Source: Aduncisulcus paluster
Lineage: Eukaryota
Length of the DNA: 34,446 nucleotides
NCBI GenBank assembly: GCA_024181965.1
Contig: BQXS01012435.1
Location: 1-34,446, forward strand
Direction of reading: 5' to 3'
Shown here: positions 29,936-34,446 of the stretch, piece by piece
Position numbering within the stretch: position 1 is the stretch's first letter
How the letters are laid out: every line of letters starts with the position of its first letter
Program-made: the position numbers and the translations under genes
The notes under the pieces: model-generated
Told to the model about the DNA's origin: nothing
Seen by the model: the letters and a program-made list of their open reading frames with translations, nothing else
Databases searched by the model: none

Positions 29936-32785
29936 ATGAATGCAAAGGTTAAACGAGGCCTTCGTAAATTACGAATTAAAAAGAAAAAAGTGGTTAAATC
30001 CAAGCGCCATGTATGTTCTTGATTGTTTGTTCTTTCTTCTGATTCCGTTCGTATTTTGTATTTGTAAATTCTCGTTAACATTATTAATATACTTTTAGTC
30101 AAGTGTTTTACGTACTCCACACCCATTTGCCTATTTTGAAGCTCAATTACAAGAAACAGGTTGGAAAAAAAGAACTTCTGACCTAAGAAATGCATTAGAT
30201 TTATTTTTAGTTCCGAAACTTGTTTCTAAAACTCCCAAAAAGTCAGTTACCGAACAAAAATCTTTCCCTCTTGGATTGGTTGCTTCAGCTAAACGAGCTG
30301 TTGATGATTTCATAGAATCTTCGAGGGTAGATACTGGATATGATTTGTCTCCTACCAAAAAGGGAGATTCATTCCCCCCTGAGGACTCCAATCCCTCTCA
30401 ACAGGAACCTGGATCATCTTCTCATTCTCCTTCATCCCATTCGTCAACAGCCGGGAGTCCTCTTGCATTTTCTCTTCCTCCAACCGGAATAGAGGAAGNN
30501 NNNNNNNNNNNNNNNNNNTTTTAGTTCCGAAACTTGTTTCTAAAACTCCCAAAAAGTCAGTTACCGAACAAAAATCTTTCCCTCTTGGATTGGTTGCTTC
30601 AGCTAAACGAGCTGTTGATGATTTCATAGAATCTTCGAGGGTAGATACTGGATATGATTTGTCTCCTACCAAAAAGGGAGATTCATTCCCCCCTGAGGAC
30701 TCCAATCCCTCTCAACAGGAACCTGGATCATCTTCTCATTCTCCTTCATCCCATTCGTCAACAGCCGGGAGTCCTCTTGCATTTTCTCTTCCTCCAACCG
30801 GAATAGAGGAAGTTGAAACCCCCATGCGTTCTCCCTCACTCCACGCTACCCCTACATCTATCACGAGACAATACCTACCTTCCGACGATCAACGTGATCG
30901 TAGGACCAGCCCTCCCTCTCAAGGCATTAGAAATATTCACCTTACTCCAAAGAAATCTGCAGTCTCCATCCCATCCTCCCTGTTCTCAAAGAGTCCAGCC
31001 CCTTCCCTTGAAATGGATCTAGCCTCTTCGATCACCCATGTTATCGGAGGAGTGGAGCACGGGAGTTCAATCCCTTCATTTCAGCACCATAAGCATATGA
31101 CACAGCCATTATCATCAGCGGATACTCAAGATATACACCTCGATAACACCGCTGAGCCTGATAGGACTCCCACTGAGCCCTCCCTAACTTCAAGTCTATT
31201 TGGCGGTACTCTTTCATCGCTGGGCAGTGGAGATAGTGGAGATTCAAAGAAAGGATTGACATCTGCTCTCTCCAATCTTGGCTCTCTATTTGGAGGCTCC
31301 GAGAAGACCTCCAGTGACTCCAAGGATACGACGACACCCACCAAGAGTGACGAGCTTTATGCTAATGTTCTCTTTGGCTCATCGATGGCTAATTCACAGG
31401 TTCCAGGGAGTGGGACGAGTGAAACGAAGGATAAGGATTCTTCAGGAACTCCAAAGACATCCTCTGAAAAAGATGATAAAGATTCTTCAAAGGATTCCAA
31501 AAAGGTCACATTCAGTGAGCCTATATCCGAGAGTCTGAAAGATGTAGCAAAGAAAACCGACACTTCCTCTTCTTCCTCTTCTTCTTCCTCTTCATCATCT
31601 CTCTTTGGAGATGTCTCTGCTGGTGATAGCAAAGCCAAAGATACCTCTGATAAAGAAAAAGAGGGCGATGGACTGTTAATGTTTGGATCTCCTTTAAGGA
31701 AAGATGCTAAGACTGCCTCTGGTGACGATGATAAGAGCTCTAAAGGCTCCAATATGACAGAAAGTCTCTTTGGGGCAACTGCCAGTGGGGATAGTGGCGG
31801 TTCTTTAGGAGGGAGCTTATTTGGGAGTGGAGGAAATTCAGATCATAAGGAAAAGGAAAAAGGAAAAGACACATCTAAATCTACTGATTTGGGTAGTTTG
31901 TTTGGTGGAGGTTCTTCCTCTTCCTCCTCCTCCTCTTCTTCTTCGGCATCTACAGGTAATCTCGATGTCAAATCTTTGTTTGGGGGAAATACTTCTGAAG
32001 AAACAAAATCATCCCATGACAGGAAATCTTCTTCTGATTCTTTGTTTGGTGGAGGTTCTTCCTCTTCCTCCTCTTCCTCTTTTTCTTCTTCAGGTCACGA
32101 TGGATCCTTGTTCGGTAGTGGAGCGTCCACAAATAATAATAATGATGTCGATATTTTTGGTGTTGGCTCATCCGGTAAGAATAGTGGTGATATCTTTGGT
32201 GCTGGGTCTTCCTCTTCCTCTTCCTCTTCCTCTTCCTCTTCCTCTTCCTCTTCCTCCTCTGGCGGTGGAGGTGTTGATATATTCGGAGTTGGATCATCTG
32301 GAGACACTGGTATGTTTGGGTCTGGAGGATCAGGATCTGATGGTATCTTTGGGTCTTCCTCCTCTTCCTCCTCTTCCTCCTCTTCCTCCTCTGGCGGGTC
32401 TCTCTTTGGAGATGGAGGAAATAGCTCCGAATCGAGGGGAGGTATGTTCCCTTCTGATCTCGATAAGGAGGCTGGCTCATCGAAACGGAGCACAGGCGGT
32501 GGGTTGTTTGATTCTGCGTCCTCCTCTTCCTCAAGTTCAAGTGGTGGTTCTTCCTTGTTCGGCGATAATAATGCAGGCTCTGGTTCCGGGGGTGGTTTGT
32601 TTGGGGGTGCTTCTGGGAGTGGCTCAAGTGATATCTTTGGTGGAGGTGGTTCTTCGTCAGCTTCTTCCTCCTCTGGCTCAGGAGGTGGATTGTTTGGTTC
32701 AGGGGGTGGTCAAGCTGGGAGTCACAACTCTGGAGGAACCTCTTCTAACAACCGAAAGTTTCGTAGACTGAAAAGGGGTAAATAA
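29936..32785 (+). CDS. FG-repeat nucleoporin, Nup1/Nup153-like, ~815 aa, join(29936..30010, 30099..32785 minus gap duplicate)
   Basis: Exon 1 MNAKVKRGLRKLRIKKKKVVKSKRH is spliced to SSVLRTPHPF.... There are many SLFG/GLFG/DIFG repeats in Ser/Gly spacers and a basic C-terminus RKFRRLKRGK*. Confidence 0.75.
30011..30098 (+). other. Spliceosomal intron (88 nt, phase 0) in nucleoporin gene
   Basis: CAT|GTATGT donor, GTTAAC branch-like motif at 30074-30079, and TTTTAG acceptor. Joins the ATG at 29936 in frame to the long ORF. Confidence 0.8.
30205..30812. repeat. Tandem 294-bp duplication around 20-N gap (30205..30498 = 30519..30812); probable assembly overlap
   Basis: The same sequence flanks N run 30499-30518. 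Confidence 0.9.
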
Positions 32786-33162
32786 ATTTATATATCACTC
32801 GATTGACATTTCTATATTCATTTATATGTATTTTATAAATGCCTAAGGATTGAATTGGATATCATAACGTTGAATAACGGTTCTGATCGCACCGTGACAG
32901 GATTGACCTTCATTTCTCGAAAGAACGAATTATGAAAAAAAAAAATTATAAAAATGGAAATTAATTTAATATAAATATTTAAATTTGAGCCATTAAATTG
33001 TTGAAAGAATCGAGTAAAAACGAGAATGAGCATCAATTAATATCTGAATCTGACATGTGACCCTTTTTTTGGATCAGTGAAAATTATTTTTCTTTATTTT
33101 ATTTTTTTGTTTGTTCTTCTTGGTTGAATTAATAATTCTAAAATATTATTATTGCCAGTTGA

Positions 33163-34446
33163 ATGTGTTTGGTCCCAACTATAGAAAAACGTGTGTTACG
33201 AAGGTACAAAATTTTTGAAAGTATTGGAAAAGGAGCTTATGGTGAAGTTTTTAGAGGAAAAGATCGAAAGACTGGGAAAATTGTTGCCATAAAAAAATGC
33301 TCAAAGTGCTTCTCCAACAAGATTGATGCTCAACGAGTTTTCCGAGAGGTATTCTATTTGAAATCGCTTAAACATGTAAATATTATTTCTCTTATTGATG
33401 TTCTCATGGGATCTGACTTCAAAGACTTGTATCTCATTTTCCCATATTTTCCATCTGATCTCCATGCCGTCATTCGGTCCGGGATATTACAGGATATTCA
33501 TCGTGAATACGTCATTTTCCAATTGTTTCTTGCGCTAACTTTTTTACATAGTGGAGATATTCTCCACCGTGATTTGAAACCCTCAAATATTCTCATTGAT
33601 AGTGATTGTAAGATCAATGTTGGGGATTTTGGTATGTCTCGTGGAATATCTCGGGGCGATTCTCCCATTTCTGAACCTCATTGTTCAGTTATGACTGACC
33701 ATGTGGCCACCAGGTGGTATCGGGCTCCTGAGTTGCTATTCGGCGTAAGAAATTATTCTACTGCTGTTGATATTTGGGCAGTTGGTTGTTTAATGGCTGA
33801 ATTATTCTCTGGAAAACCTTTATTCCCTGGAACATGCTCTCTGAACCAACTCACTCGAATCATCAACTTGATCGGATATCCAACGGACAAACAAATCTCT
33901 TCCATGAAATCTCCATATGTAATTCCTCTTCTTGAGTCATTGCCAATATCTATTCCTCCGCCAAAGCCCAAAAAACGTCCCAGCCTTTTGGCCCCTTCGC
34001 CCCTTGATGGAAGGTCGAGATCTTCAAGTCGAGAGCGGCCTTCTACAATACACAAGTCAAAATCTACCTCTCAAGTCCTCTCAAAGACAGCTAGCGCCAC
34101 GAGATCCTTCACTCGAAGCCTTTCCCAGGAACCTCCCACCACTCTTCACCCCAACCATATGCTTTCCTCCATTACATCTGATCCAGAACTCTCACAAAAG
34201 TTCGCCTATTGCACTCCCTCTGCTCATACTGTCAATCGTCTACGAATGACCCTCCCTTGTGCTCCAGCTGAAGCTATTGATTTAATTTCACGTATGTTAC
34301 TTTTCGATCCTGCTTGTCGCATCACTGCTGAAGATGCCCTTCACCATCCTTACCTTGCCCAATTTGCCCGTGGAGAAGGATCTGCGGAGAAACACTCCAT
34401 GTCTCTCCCCGTTATCCCTGTGCCTCATCTCACTTCCCCTATCAGT
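33163..34446 (+). CDS. MAP kinase, ERK7/MAPK15-like, 3'-partial (not in ORF track)
   Basis: Manual translation is open to the window end: IEKRVLRRY, GKGAYGEV, VAIKK, DAQRVFRE, SDLHAVIRSGILQDIH (ERK7/8-type), HRDLKPSN, DFGMSR, MTDHVATRWYRAPE and RITAEDALHHPY. Confidence 0.9.
   Translation, partial: MCLVPTIEKRVLRRYKIFESIGKGAYGEVFRGKDRKTGKIVAIKKCSKCFSNKIDAQRVFREVFYLKSLKHVNIISLIDVLMGSDFKDLYLIFPYFPSDLHAVIRSGILQDIHREYVIFQLFLALTFLHSGDILHRDLKPSNILIDSDCKINVGDFGMSRGISRGDSPISEPHCSVMTDHVATRWYRAPELLFGVRNYSTAVDIWAVGCLMAELFSGKPLFPGTCSLNQLTRIINLIGYPTDKQISSMKSPYVIPLLESLPISIPPPKPKKRPSLLAPSPLDGRSRSSSRERPSTIHKSKSTSQVLSKTASATRSFTRSLSQEPPTTLHPNHMLSSITSDPELSQKFAYCTPSAHTVNRLRMTLPCAPAEAIDLISRMLLFDPACRITAEDALHHPYLAQFARGEGSAEKHSMSLPVIPVPHLTSPIS

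Noticed and set aside
31357-32771. Long alternative-frame and antisense ORFs (316, 219, 132, 131 aa) over the nucleoporin
   Set aside because: Shadow frames of TCC/TCT poly-Ser repeats lacking stops; no protein-like content.
1-34446. CRISPR arrays, rRNA, tRNA, snRNA or autonomous transposon genes
   Set aside because: No spaced repeat arrays, RNA consensus motifs, or RT/transposase/integrase motifs were seen on either strand.

Overview
Gene-dense, AT-rich eukaryotic nuclear DNA using the standard genetic code (TAA, TAG and TGA all end genes). It has short GTATGT..TAG spliceosomal introns. The gene style suggests a free-living fornicate/metamonad protist (Aduncisulcus/Carpediemonas-like), which is inference only. 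Genes, left to right: Rab5-like GTPase (1 intron); proteasome beta-2 (1 intron); SPFH/stomatin-like protein; a ~1940-aa TmcB-like multipass protein broken by a +1 frame change and two assembly gaps; cathepsin C; a transmembrane channel-like (TMC) protein; a ~1070-aa hypothetical protein; a ~4.8-kb non-core island holding a kinase pseudogene and a degenerate CXC-like ORF; RTEL1-type Fe-S helicase; probable SPCS2; an FG-repeat nucleoporin (1 intron); and an ERK7/MAPK15-like kinase with a TDH activation loop that runs off the window end. All five 20-N gaps are flanked by 216-309 bp tandem duplications that look like scaffolding artefacts. The most striking signal is an exact 19-bp direct repeat (ACAAATTCAACCCTCAACC, 20526-20544 and 23152-23170) tightly bracketing the kinase pseudogene, as expected of a mobilised gene cassette.
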